Assembly: GCA_016714535.1 (NCBI GenBank)
Contig: JADKDR010000005.1
Location: 358,966 to 422,965 of the forward strand
Reading direction: 5' to 3'
Origin: Bacteroidota bacterium
Lineage (GTDB): Bacteria > Bacteroidota > Bacteroidia > AKYH767-A > OLB10
DNA length: 64,000 bases
Part shown: one piece after another, positions 27,011-37,756 of the stretch
Layout of the letters: the number at the start of each line of letters is the position of its first letter
How positions within the stretch are numbered: position 1 is the first letter of the stretch
The notes under the pieces: model-generated
Database searches by the model: none
What the model was told of the DNA's origin: nothing
What the model saw: only the letters and a program-made list of their open reading frames with translations
Translations under genes and position numbers: made by a program

Positions 27011-28707
27011 ACAAGACCGTAACAGTAAATATAGGAGGCATGGTGTTTCATATAGAAGAAAGTGCCTATGAATCGCTTGGAAAATATCTGAATGCAATAC
27101 GCGGCCACTTCACCAGCAGCGATGGGCGCGAAGAAATAATGCAGGATATAGAAAGTCGCATAGCTGAGATGCTGCAGCAGCGCATTGGTACCACTCGCCA
27201 AGTGGTTGAATTACATGATGTAGAAGAAGTAATAACCGTGATGGGTAAGCCTGAAATGTTTGAAGGCACTACCGACAGCGATATCAAGAAAGAAGACACT
27301 GCATACGATATGCCACTAAATGGTGCTCGTAAAATGTATCGCGATGAAGACGAAAAAGTAATTGCAGGTGTATGTGCCGGATTATCGTACAGGCTAGGAA
27401 TAGATCCTGCATGGCTTCGCGTAGCATTCGTATTATTATTTTTATTTGGTACCGGAGGTTTTTGGATCTACTTAATCCTTTGGATTGTATTACCAAAAGC
27501 AGTAACAACTGCACAAAAGCTTGAAATGCGAGGTAAGCCTGTAAATGTGGAGTCGATAAAAAAAAATTTTAATTCGTACCAAACTGAGCAAACCGGAATT
27601 CAACGTTTCTTCGAAACCCTTGGCGAAATTATTAAAATAGGGTTTAAGATTTTCGCTTACATAGCAGCAGTGTTCTTTGGTATAATTGGAGTAATCGTAT
27701 TAATAGCTCTGGTAGTTGGACTTTTCGGAATATTAGGTGTTACCGGCATAAGTATGCCGGTGTTTATGACCAATATGTTCATCAGTCAGTCGCAGCAGTT
27801 TTGGGTTATTGCAGCTACGCTGCTTCTTATAGGTGTGCCTGTTTTATATATTCTTTACAAAATTTTCAAATGGATATTTAAAGTAAAGACATCGTACCCA
27901 TGGGTTCGTGCAAGCGCTCTTTTTCTAATGCTTATGGGAGTTGCAATTGCCTTTTATTGCGCATTCGATATCGGACAGGAAATGGCCTACGAAGGAGGTA
28001 ATCGCACTTCGGTAAACATTGCACAACCTATGCGCGATACGGTAGGTATAGCATTGTTACCTCAAGATGAAAGTATGAATATGATTCGAAATAATTTTTC
28101 GGTTGGCTTTAATAGCAAAAGGTGGAGTGTACGTAATGGCGACAAGATTTTTAATCTTGAAGACAATGTGCAGCTTAATATTGAAAGGTCGATGGACGAT
28201 AAGTTTGAATTAGTTCAAGTATCAAAAGCAAAGGGCAGGAGCGAAGAGGATGCTATGCAGAATGCTAATGCAATCATATACAGAATGGAGCAGCGCGACA
28301 ATAAGTTTTTCTTTGGTAGTCGTTTACAAATAGATCAAAAACGTAAGTTCCGTTTTCAGCGAGTACGTTTGGTATTGCGTGTACCTGTTGGTAAAGTTAT
28401 TTATCTGGAGCCCGGAAGCGAAGATGTATTTTATGATTTGAAAAATGTAACTAATACGTGGGATAATGATATGGTAGGGCATTACTGGCTTATGACCGAT
28501 AAGGGTTTAAAATGTCTTGATTATGATTTTAAAAAAGAAGGATCAGAATCTGAATCATACAATGAAAATGACGATTGGAATAGTGACACCACCAGAAGCA
28601 CCTTGAATATTAATGGAAAAGATGCCAAAGTTGAGATTAATAAAAATGGAGTTACCATTACTACAGATAATGATACTATCAGTATAAATTCTAATAGTTC
28701 AAAATAG
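27007..28707 (+). CDS. PspC-domain membrane protein with a large C-terminal domain
   Basis: 566 aa. PspC motif VIAGVCAGLSYRLGIDPAWLRVAFVLL. Several TM segments. Overlaps the PadR stop by 4 nt. Confidence 0.8.
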   Translation: MNKTVTVNIGGMVFHIEESAYESLGKYLNAIRGHFTSSDGREEIMQDIESRIAEMLQQRIGTTRQVVELHDVEEVITVMGKPEMFEGTTDSDIKKEDTAYDMPLNGARKMYRDEDEKVIAGVCAGLSYRLGIDPAWLRVAFVLLFLFGTGGFWIYLILWIVLPKAVTTAQKLEMRGKPVNVESIKKNFNSYQTEQTGIQRFFETLGEIIKIGFKIFAYIAAVFFGIIGVIVLIALVVGLFGILGVTGISMPVFMTNMFISQSQQFWVIAATLLLIGVPVLYILYKIFKWIFKVKTSYPWVRASALFLMLMGVAIAFYCAFDIGQEMAYEGGNRTSVNIAQPMRDTVGIALLPQDESMNMIRNNFSVGFNSKRWSVRNGDKIFNLEDNVQLNIERSMDDKFELVQVSKAKGRSEEDAMQNANAIIYRMEQRDNKFFFGSRLQIDQKRKFRFQRVRLVLRVPVGKVIYLEPGSEDVFYDLKNVTNTWDNDMVGHYWLMTDKGLKCLDYDFKKEGSESESYNENDDWNSDTTRSTLNINGKDAKVEINKNGVTITTDNDTISINSNSSK

Positions 28708-28780
28708 TAAATTAACGAAATCGTCTTGTGATTATCTCTCAATAATTCTAAATCAAAATACTTAATTAAAAAGATAGAAA

Positions 28781-28951
28781 ATGGAAACTTTAATGCTTGT
28801 TCAATATTTTCTGGTATTTGTAGTAGTGGTAGCTGCATTACCAGGTACTAGTTTGCTTTACCAGCATTTGTTCGATGAGGAAACAGAAGTTAGTGAAGGG
28901 AAACAAAATTTTCAACCGGCACTTCAAAATAGTCTTTCTATGAGTATTTAA
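28781..28951 (+). CDS. Possible small membrane protein (56 aa)
   Basis: Translated by eye as METLMLVQYFLVFVVVVAALPG…. One TM segment. Below the ORF-track size cutoff. Confidence 0.25.
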   Translation: METLMLVQYFLVFVVVVAALPGTSLLYQHLFDEETEVSEGKQNFQPALQNSLSMSI

Positions 28952-28981
28952 GAAATGTTTGGTAGTTTATAGTAATTAAAA

Positions 28982-29017
28982 AAGCCCGTTAATCATTTTA
29001 ACGGGCTTAATTTTTTT
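28982..29017. terminator. Bidirectional rho-independent terminator between convergent genes
   Basis: aagcccgttaa…ttaacgggctt stem followed by a T7 run. Confidence 0.6.
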
Positions 29018-29033
29018 AACGCCTATCAGAATA

Positions 29034-29673
29034 TTAATTCCTTAAATCAATTACCTCATCTTTAGGATAAGAAGTTTTATTAAATGTAAAAATAGAATCT
29101 TCTAAGGTTACATTTGGTGCAAAGCTATCAACCTTGTAGGTAAGATTGGTTCCGCTTTTTTCAAATATTACTGCTTGCGCTATATACTTTTCTGCTTTAT
29201 TAATGGTTAATTGAATTTTTATAAAATTTCGTTTTGCATCTTCAGGAACCAATTCAATTATTTGAAAATTTTTACCAGCTACAATTTTTTCTTCAATAAA
29301 TCTTGACTTAAATCCTTTTTCATAAATGGTAAAAATATTTTGAGGAGTAATACTGTTTTCATCCGTTTTTTGATCATTGATCTGCACCTCATTTGCTTCT
29401 TTCAAATAATTCCAAACTACTTTGCCATCGCTTATTATTTCCTGATCGCCAAGCAACACAAGATATTTGGTGCCTTTTAATTTGATACTACCTGTTTGAT
29501 TTTGTACAGTCTTATTGGCTTTATCACTTACTTTAACAGTAAACTTTGCAGCAAATGCTTTTAAACGAACGGTATTTGGTACTTACCGATTTCAAAATAT
29601 CTTGTGCTTTCTTATCCGTTTGTGCATTTACAACACTCGTTGCAAGCATCAGAATTATTAATATCCTCAACAT
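29034..29673 (-). CDS. LolA-like outer-membrane lipoprotein carrier protein, frameshifted at a T4/A4 homopolymer (~29559-29562); probably a sequencing artefact
   Basis: N-terminal part MLRILIILMLATSVVNAQTDKKAQDILKSVSTKYRSFK (ATG at 29673) continues in a different frame as AFAAKFTVKV…LLGDQEIISDG…, which is the 141-aa track ORF. Confidence 0.55.
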
Positions 29674-29802
29674 GTTAATCATTAACTTCGTATTTTGATT
29701 GGAATTCAAACAATTGGTTTATTTGGAAGCAAAAGTATTAATAAATGTGCCAAACTTGTAAAGATAAGCTGCAGTGCTTGCACGTTCATTATTCCTTCAA
29801 TA

Positions 29803-32631
29803 TTACTTATGCACTTCAATTTTACAAAAGTTGGTTTTGCCTCTAGCTGCAACCCGCGCTATGTATAGTCCATTAACCACTTCTTGCCCCGAATTATCTT
29901 TTAAATTCCACGTAGCAAAACCAACATTACTTTTATTGTCAGTAGGTAAGGTATTTATCAAGCGACCGTTTAAGTCGTAAATCATTATTTCAGAATTATT
30001 ACCTCCGGTAGAATTAAAGTACATAAGTGTTACCTCTGAGCTTGCAGGGTTAGGGAAGCAAGTCAAATAAGCAGGGTTTGGCAAAATAAATGATTCCTCT
30101 ACAAAAACGGGGGTAAATGCAGGTAATTTGCTATCGGTATATAAACGGTATTCGCCCTCAGTCAACCCAATGGCATCCTGCACATGGGAAACAGTTACAC
30201 TATCACCGGTAAAATATTCATACCACCAACCTGTATGTTGAAAATAAGGGACTATGGATAATGGATATATATCAAAATTGCCAAGTACCACAGCATTCAT
30301 TTGTGAATCATTCAATCGTATTGATTTTCCGCCACCATTTAAAGACATATTGAAACTGTTCGTTTTAAATACCTGAAAATCTTTTTTTAATTTCATCAGG
30401 TTTCCAGTTACATCATATAAATGCTTGCGTGCCGGTTGGTAATAATAAAACCACTTTAGTGGTTTTGGGGCTGTGTTGCCACCACCAAAAAGCAAGCTAA
30501 CATCATAGCCTAATTCTCCAAACTGCCATAGCATTTTAGGACCCGGTACAGTATAAAAAAATGCTGAAGCTAGTTCCATTCGCGCAAGTGCGTTTATCGT
30601 ATCCTTCAAATTATAGTTTGGATTGGTGCTGTTGCCAAAGGTAATATTCTTAAACATCAACCGTTGCTCATCGTGACTTTCCATATAACCTACAAGGTGA
30701 GGAGAATTATATCCTCTGTTTTGATAAGATACACCACTAAAGTTGCTATTGCTTAACCAACCCATTGTTGCTTCATTGTAATTATGAGTCATATTACCCC
30801 AAAGCATCATACCATAATCGGCCAGCTCTTTTTCTTCTTGATTGTCGGCAAACATTTCAAGTATTACATAGCTGGTAGGATCTATATTCCACATCACATC
30901 AGCTATACGTTTCAGATTATCAATGCGTGCACCATCATATGCATTCCAAGCTGTAATATTGCCAAGGGTGTTCTTTTGAGTAAATCCTTTTGCCAAATCG
31001 AAGCGATATCCATCTACTTTAAATTCATTAATCCAAAATTCAACCACGCGATCAACAAAATATTCGGTGGCAGGTGCATCGTGATTCATATCGTAACAAA
31101 CATTAAAATCATGTTTAGGTTGTTGATTAAACCATGGGCTGTTTGCTGCAGGCTGACTATTGCCGGCATCCCAGTATAGTTGCACCATGGGGCTTTGCCC
31201 GCATGAGTGGTTAAGCACAATATCAGAAATTACCGCAATGCCACGAGCGTGGCACGTATCAATAAATTCTTTAAGCTTATCTTTAGTTCCATAATATTTG
31301 TCCACTGCAAAGTAGTACGATGGATTATAACCCCAACTATTGTTGCCTTCAAATTCGTTAACAGGCATGAGCTCAATGGCATTAATTCCGAGCACTTGTA
31401 AATACTCAAGTGTGTCGAGCAAAGTTTGAAAATTTCGTGGACCCACAAAATCGCGAATACACAATTCATAAATTATCAAATCAGTTTTTGCCGGCTTGGT
31501 AAAATTTGTAACGGTCCATGTATACGGAGTTTGTGCAGTTTGCAAAACTGAAACGATACCTTGCGTTTTTCCGGTAGGGTAGGGTGTGGGGTTAGGATAG
31601 GTGGCAAGCGATATTCCTGCATCATTATTTGGGTCAACAATTTTATGGCAATAAGGATCGCCAATTCGCAACTCACCATCAACAAAGTATTGATAGGTAT
31701 ATTCCTCACCAGGTAGTAAATTATTTAACTGAACCCAATAACGGTCGCCTGCCGGAGTGCGATGCATAAAATACAAACTATCGGTAGTCCACGAATTAAA
31801 ACTGCCAAGCACATAAACGAAATTTTTGCTGGGAGCATACAGATTGAGTATCACTGCGCTGTCATTTAAATAGGTAATACCATCGAGGGTATTTGTTGGC
31901 AATGGTGCTATTACCTGTTGTGGGTTTACAACAATTATTATGGTATCGTAAGAAGTAGTAATACCATCATTGGCTTCGAATACTACTTGATTATTTCCTG
32001 ATTGATTAAAGGTGATATTGGTTGCAAGCGTATCGCTTGCACTTTGGTTTGCTTGTAATACACCGTTTACAAGAAAGCTTAAATCTGCATTCGCGTTGCA
32101 TATACCTGTAACATTAAGATTGCTTCCTTGTGCAACAATCAATGGTTGATTGAATGATAGAGCCGGATCAGTAATTTTTACATTAAGGCCTGCTGTATAA
32201 ACAGGGATAAACATATCACTGCCATCGGCATTGCGTCCAACAACACTTCCGGTGGTATTACGAAATACAAATGCAAGACTAAGTATTGTTTCGTTTGCAG
32301 GCACATTGTAATAACTGCGTATGTGATATTTAATTCTATAAAGATTATTTCCAAGCGAGGTCATGAGTACATTAGTATCGGCCACTCCCCATTGGCTCTT
32401 TACATATTTCCAATCGCTAGGACCAGAACTTAAATTGGTAATAACTCCGGTATGAGCATAGATTGGGGGTGGAGTTTGAGCCAGTGCACCATTTCCTTTA
32501 GTTGCATCGTATATGATTGTAATAGTATCTGTATCTGTACAAAAATAGGGTGACCATGTAAGTGGATTGTTTTGAGCAGAGGCCAACAGGTAAAAACTTA
32601 AAACCAATGATAACAAAGTTATTTTTTTCAT
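29803..32631 (-). CDS. GH13-family alpha-amylase/pullulanase-like glycoside hydrolase with Ig-like domains and T9SS C-terminal domain
   Basis: 942 aa. Signal peptide. GH13 catalytic region (…DGYRFDLAKGF…, …MESHDE…). CTD …EIMIYDLNGRLINTL…. Confidence 0.8.
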   Translation of the reverse strand: MKKITLLSLVLSFYLLASAQNNPLTWSPYFCTDTDTITIIYDATKGNGALAQTPPPIYAHTGVITNLSSGPSDWKYVKSQWGVADTNVLMTSLGNNLYRIKYHIRSYYNVPANETILSLAFVFRNTTGSVVGRNADGSDMFIPVYTAGLNVKITDPALSFNQPLIVAQGSNLNVTGICNANADLSFLVNGVLQANQSASDTLATNITFNQSGNNQVVFEANDGITTSYDTIIIVVNPQQVIAPLPTNTLDGITYLNDSAVILNLYAPSKNFVYVLGSFNSWTTDSLYFMHRTPAGDRYWVQLNNLLPGEEYTYQYFVDGELRIGDPYCHKIVDPNNDAGISLATYPNPTPYPTGKTQGIVSVLQTAQTPYTWTVTNFTKPAKTDLIIYELCIRDFVGPRNFQTLLDTLEYLQVLGINAIELMPVNEFEGNNSWGYNPSYYFAVDKYYGTKDKLKEFIDTCHARGIAVISDIVLNHSCGQSPMVQLYWDAGNSQPAANSPWFNQQPKHDFNVCYDMNHDAPATEYFVDRVVEFWINEFKVDGYRFDLAKGFTQKNTLGNITAWNAYDGARIDNLKRIADVMWNIDPTSYVILEMFADNQEEKELADYGMMLWGNMTHNYNEATMGWLSNSNFSGVSYQNRGYNSPHLVGYMESHDEQRLMFKNITFGNSTNPNYNLKDTINALARMELASAFFYTVPGPKMLWQFGELGYDVSLLFGGGNTAPKPLKWFYYYQPARKHLYDVTGNLMKLKKDFQVFKTNSFNMSLNGGGKSIRLNDSQMNAVVLGNFDIYPLSIVPYFQHTGWWYEYFTGDSVTVSHVQDAIGLTEGEYRLYTDSKLPAFTPVFVEESFILPNPAYLTCFPNPASSEVTLMYFNSTGGNNSEIMIYDLNGRLINTLPTDNKSNVGFATWNLKDNSGQEVVNGLYIARVAARGKTNFCKIEVHK

Positions 32632-32793
32632 TTTTAAATTAGTTGAGGTGATAGATTAACAATTGAATAAAAAAAGGGTTAACATTAATTATTAACCCTT
32701 CGTATTACTTGGAATTATTAGTTTTTTGCTTCTAAATAAAAAGCGGTAAAGGAAAACTTACCTTCACCGCGGATGAAAAGCATGAAAACTATC

Positions 32794-33567
32794 TTAACGA
32801 TTTACGTTTACTTTTTGAGTTGACACGATACTTCCGTTTGCTTCTAAACGTAAGAAGTAGATGCCATTTGCTACTGAACCACCTGCATTATTATCTGCAT
32901 TCCAATCGTACACATATGCTTTACGACCAATTTGAGCTTCGTTATCAACAATAGTCTTAACTAAGTTTCCTACCAAATCGTAAAGTTTCAAAGATACGCT
33001 ATTGTTATTATTTACCAAAGAATAACCTAACTTAGCATATGTTGATACCGGGTTTGGATTACAGGCAAGAAAAACTAGTTGCGAAGTTGGAGCATCCAAA
33101 GACTGAGGTGTAGCTAATGGTACAATAATATCGGTACAAGCACCAGTTGAATCAAATCCTTTGCCTTCGTTGGTCCAAGTGCTCATATCACTTTGCTCAC
33201 AAAATACCATATCCAAATGGTATGCAATGTTTGGCGCAGTAACACTGTAGTAAGTAGCTGGAATAAGAGAGATGCTAAATGATCCGGCACCATTCCCGAA
33301 CATAATAGCTGCAGGGTTATCTTTTTGAACAACATTTTGCCACTTGCTAATATTGGGATCTGGGTCGAAGCCAACTCCTGAGTGCATATAAGCATTAGCA
33401 GCAGCAGGATCAATCGCTGCTCCTGGCGCGCAAGCTTGACTTACATCAAGGGTTAGGGTAATTTGGGTATTCATGTCGGCATTGGCAGGCGACATTACAA
33501 CTACTTGTGCGTTGGAATTTAATGCTGCCCCAGCGCAAACAGCTACGAAGAGTAATTTTTTAATCAT
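32794..33567 (-). CDS. Hypothetical T9SS C-terminal-domain protein immediately upstream of the GH13 gene
   Basis: 257 aa. Signal peptide. CTD …VSLKLYDLVGNLVKTI…GIYFLRLEANG…. Confidence 0.55.
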   Translation of the reverse strand: MIKKLLFVAVCAGAALNSNAQVVVMSPANADMNTQITLTLDVSQACAPGAAIDPAAANAYMHSGVGFDPDPNISKWQNVVQKDNPAAIMFGNGAGSFSISLIPATYYSVTAPNIAYHLDMVFCEQSDMSTWTNEGKGFDSTGACTDIIVPLATPQSLDAPTSQLVFLACNPNPVSTYAKLGYSLVNNNNSVSLKLYDLVGNLVKTIVDNEAQIGRKAYVYDWNADNNAGGSVANGIYFLRLEANGSIVSTQKVNVNR

Positions 33568-33947
33568 CTTTTTTTATTTTTTTTTGTTAGACTTAAATAT
33601 TATCAAAGTGTAAAAGTAACACTAAGTTGTTACGTATCAAACAAATTAACGAAAAGTTTTCAATACATAATTGGTGATTTAAAGGATGTTTTAGTATAGG
33701 TATGAACTTGAACTTATAGATTAAACAATGAGTACTTAAAACTGACCGAATCTTTTTGAATAAAAATAAGATGGTTGTTTTTACTTAATCAGGTAGTTTG
33801 CAATTTATCAGGCTATCCGATTTGTAGCTAGAAGATTTTTGTTTGTCATCCACACCCTTATTTGCATACCTATGAGTATTCAAAAAAGATTAATTTGTAA
33901 CGGAAAATCTTCAAAAAAAATCCCATCAATTCTGACGGGATTCTGTT

Positions 33948-36020
33948 TTACTTAAAAATTCTCTTACCAGATTTTTGCTCTTTCTTTTTCTTTCTAAACA
34001 TTTTATCTCCAGGCTTAATACCAAATGCTTCGTAAAATGGAGGGAAGTTCATTAACGGAGCATTGCAACGATAAACACCAGGCGAATGAGGATCAGTCAT
34101 AATGCGCTGTGCCATTGCGGCATCACGAATATTATTTCTCCAAACTTGCGCCCAACCGATAAAGAAACGCTGTTGTGGTGTAAACCCGTCAATTAATGTT
34201 GGGGAAGGGCGACCACGTTGCGTTTGCATAAATGCATCGTAGGATATTGTTATTCCTCCAAGATCTGCTATGTTTTCGCCTAACGTAAGTTCACCATTTA
34301 CATGCACCGTATCTAATACCATAAAGCTATTAAATTGCTCTACCAACATTGCAGTTTTCGCAGCAAACTTTGCTGAATCATCAGTAGTCCACCAGTTTTT
34401 CAAATTACCTTCAGCATCAAAGTTACGTCCTTCATCATCAAAACCATGTGTCATCTCATGACCTATAACTGCTCCAATACCTCCGTAATTTATGGCATCA
34501 TCTGCATCGGCATTAAAAAATGGAGGCTGTAAGATTCCTGCAGGAAAAACAATTTCATTATACGAAGGATTATAATAGGCATTAACCGTTGGTGGCGACA
34601 TCATCCATTCGGTGCGGTCTACAGGCTTGCCTATTTTGCTAACCATGTAATCAAATTCAAATACACTTGCACGTTTTATGTTGGCATAGTAGGAGTCCTC
34701 TTTAATAGTTAGTTTGTCAAAATCTTTCCACTTATCAGGATATCCAATTTTCTTTATAAAGGTTGATAATTTTTGTAAGGCTTTTTGTTTGGTAGATTCT
34801 TCCATCCAGTCGAGAGCAGTAATGCGTTTTTCAAAAGTTTGTCCAATGTTAGTAACCATTCTAAGACAACGCTCTTTGGTTTCAGGTGTAAATGTGCGAT
34901 TGCAATATTCTTGTCCAAGCAATTCGCCAAGGTTACCATCCACAGTATTCAAAACACGCTTCCAACGTGGTTTCATTTCTTTAGTTCCCTGCATGGTTTG
35001 CGAGTAAAATTTGAAGCTTTCGTTTACCATGGCATGATTCAGATAGCCTTGCGCATTGCGTATGGCATTCCATTCCAGATAAGTTTTCCAATCTTCAATG
35101 GGCATATCACGCATTAGGGTATTTACCTCGCTAAAAAATGCAGGATTATCCATTATAAAGTATTCTGCTGCAGGAGCCTGAATTAGCTGGAAAAAATTTT
35201 TCCAACCAAACAATGGCATTTTTGTATCAAGGTCGGCAAACGAGATTTTATTATATGTTTTTTCGTTATCTCTACGTTCAACGCGTGTAAGCGATACTTT
35301 AGCAAGGCGCGTTTCAATTTCCATAATTTTGTCGGCAACTAATGCAGTGCGATCACTTTTTCCAAATGCGACTTCAAAACTACTTGTAATGTATTCTTTA
35401 TAACTTGCACGTATGTTTACAGTACGTGGATCATCTTTGAAATAGTAATCACGATCAGGCATACCAAGGCCACCTTGTCCTATTTGCGGCACTACCAGGG
35501 TGCTATTTTTGGCATCGGCAAATGCATAGAAATTAAAGAAAGGCGCCCCAACCCCTCGAAACATATTATAAACCAATTTTACTCCTTCTTCTTTGGTCTT
35601 AATGGCTGCAATAGCTTTTAGGTCTTCCATAATAGGGGTAATGCCATCGGCCTCAAGCTTCATGCTGTCCATACCTAACTTATAAAGTGTACCAATTTTT
35701 TGGGTTGAACTGCCGGGTGCTGCGGTGGCACTTTGCTGTGCACATTCTTGTAAAAGTGTTTTAAGCACTGCGTAATTGTACTCCTGCACTTCGCTAAATG
35801 CTCCCCAACGGCTTTCACTTGCCGGAATCGGATTGTTTTTCAACCATCCGCCATTCACATACTGATAGAAGTTTTCAGTTGGCTTTGTTGAATTATCAAA
35901 ATTTGAAAGCTCTACCGGTTTGTTTTTTGGTAGCGATCCTGTTTTTGATGGCTTGGCCTGCCCAAAGCATACAGCCGTAATGCTTACAGCAAGCAGAGTA
36001 AAAGTAATTTTTTTAGTCAT
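33948..36020 (-). CDS. M13-family (neprilysin/PepO-like) zinc metallopeptidase
   Basis: 690 aa. Signal peptide. HEXXH as VIGHEMTHGF. NAYY and GENIADLGG motifs. Confidence 0.85.
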   Translation of the reverse strand: MTKKITFTLLAVSITAVCFGQAKPSKTGSLPKNKPVELSNFDNSTKPTENFYQYVNGGWLKNNPIPASESRWGAFSEVQEYNYAVLKTLLQECAQQSATAAPGSSTQKIGTLYKLGMDSMKLEADGITPIMEDLKAIAAIKTKEEGVKLVYNMFRGVGAPFFNFYAFADAKNSTLVVPQIGQGGLGMPDRDYYFKDDPRTVNIRASYKEYITSSFEVAFGKSDRTALVADKIMEIETRLAKVSLTRVERRDNEKTYNKISFADLDTKMPLFGWKNFFQLIQAPAAEYFIMDNPAFFSEVNTLMRDMPIEDWKTYLEWNAIRNAQGYLNHAMVNESFKFYSQTMQGTKEMKPRWKRVLNTVDGNLGELLGQEYCNRTFTPETKERCLRMVTNIGQTFEKRITALDWMEESTKQKALQKLSTFIKKIGYPDKWKDFDKLTIKEDSYYANIKRASVFEFDYMVSKIGKPVDRTEWMMSPPTVNAYYNPSYNEIVFPAGILQPPFFNADADDAINYGGIGAVIGHEMTHGFDDEGRNFDAEGNLKNWWTTDDSAKFAAKTAMLVEQFNSFMVLDTVHVNGELTLGENIADLGGITISYDAFMQTQRGRPSPTLIDGFTPQQRFFIGWAQVWRNNIRDAAMAQRIMTDPHSPGVYRCNAPLMNFPPFYEAFGIKPGDKMFRKKKKEQKSGKRIFK

Positions 36021-36234
36021 TTTTAATAAGTTATTCTTTGAATTATTTTATACATTTTTCACAAACTTCTTTAGCAGGTTGCAATGCTTTAAATATTTTT
36101 TTTCCCAGAAAGTATATAGCCGCAGTTACTATTCCAGTTACACATATAATTTGCCAGTCAACCAGGTTATTATTCATTGCTTTAGTTTGAGGTGTCAAAC
36201 TTAATTATTTATTCAATAAGAAATATTTGTATTC

Positions 36235-37302
36235 TTGTTCAATGGAAATATCCACGGCATTTTTATTAAATATTTAACCAAATACCCCATGAAGGCACAT
36301 TATCAGCTCGTTATTAATTTGGCCTTGGTTGCTTTGTTGTTGGTATATGCCATCCCAATGTTATATGCTGTTCCTACTGCCGATGATTATTGCTCAGGTG
36401 TATATCAACATTTAGGTTTTGTAGAATTTATTTTATACTATGCTAAGCTTTACACCGGCCGATTGGGTGCCGTGGCACTCATGTATTTTACTCCCCTTGC
36501 CGGATCGCCTGTTTCTTATAGCTTTGGATTACTTGCTTGTTGGGCGTTTTTAATTTTTTCTATTTTTCTGTTTTCGTATAAACTTTTTTCAAAACCTGAA
36601 ATAAGTACAACGTTTGCTTTGCTTTTTAGTTGTTGCTATATGGCATGCCTCATTAACCCGAGCGAAACCTTATATTGGTTTACCGGTGTGGCAACGTATA
36701 CTGTAGCGGTGTCATTTGTATTTTGTTTGTTGGGTTTTATGCAATTTAAAACAAATGTGCTAATTGCATTAATGTGCATGGTGCTAGGATTTATTATTCC
36801 TTTATTCAGTGAGTTGTTTATTATTCCGCTCTTATTTTTACTGTGCTATATAAATATTAAAAAGGCTGTTTTTTCGTTACATCTTCGTGTCAATGCGCGA
36901 TATGCTTTAGTTGGTCTTGTTACTGGCACTGCTTTATTTGCATGCATGCCTGGCAACTGGGTTCGGCTAGATCAATATCACAACAATCTGAATCTGTTTT
37001 CAGCTGCTGGTACCGCACTTTTTTATTCAATCATTTTTATTTTTAGAATATCATTTCATCCCGTTATGATTATTAGTTTATTCTTAATTGCAATTTATAT
37101 AGATGAGATAAAACAACACACCAAATTGCGCGAAATAAAGGGACAATTACCTTATAATGGGGCAATGTTTTTAATTTTTATGGCATGTTTCATACCTGCT
37201 TTTTTTACAGGAATATTAGGACAGCACCGCACCATAGATGCAGTTATTCCGTTTGTGATTTTTTTGTTTTGGTATTGGGTTTTTTTGCTTAGCTGGGACT
37301 GA
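36235..37302 (+). CDS. Hypothetical polytopic membrane protein
   Basis: 355 aa with roughly 9 hydrophobic segments. The start may be the internal Met at 36289. Confidence 0.45.
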   Translation: MFNGNIHGIFIKYLTKYPMKAHYQLVINLALVALLLVYAIPMLYAVPTADDYCSGVYQHLGFVEFILYYAKLYTGRLGAVALMYFTPLAGSPVSYSFGLLACWAFLIFSIFLFSYKLFSKPEISTTFALLFSCCYMACLINPSETLYWFTGVATYTVAVSFVFCLLGFMQFKTNVLIALMCMVLGFIIPLFSELFIIPLLFLLCYINIKKAVFSLHLRVNARYALVGLVTGTALFACMPGNWVRLDQYHNNLNLFSAAGTALFYSIIFIFRISFHPVMIISLFLIAIYIDEIKQHTKLREIKGQLPYNGAMFLIFMACFIPAFFTGILGQHRTIDAVIPFVIFLFWYWVFLLSWD

Positions 37303-37710
37303 TGCATTTATTCATGTAAAAACATTTTTACAAATACGAATTATTCGGATTATCGCTGTTGTTTTAGTAATCGCCATAGTTTCATTTGATGTTATTCTAA
37401 TATTAAACGAATGGATAAGTGGCGAATTATCCAACTATAAGCAAGAGCAAGAAGGTCGTATAATAAAAATTAGTAAAGCCAATGATGCTCATTTGTATGC
37501 AGTTGATAGTTTGAAACATACCAATACGATACTTTATAAATACGATATAAAACCTGGCGACAGCACTTTTTATATTAACTATTGTATGTGGGAATACCTA
37601 CAACAGAGTAAGTAGAGTTTATAGTAAATGTGCTTTCCCAAATTTGGTAATCAGTTGCAAAAAGTGGCTTATTGAATTTATCATGAATATTATCGTGTTG
37701 CGAAATAATT

Positions 37711-37718
37711 TACCTTTG
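37711..37718 (+). promoter_or_regulatory. -7 box TAnnTTTG
   Basis: Sequence tacctttg lies 39 nt upstream of the ATG at 37757. Confidence 0.35.
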
Positions 37719-37756
37719 CCTACGTAATAAAGGAAGTAATCTTAAAACCAAATCGA

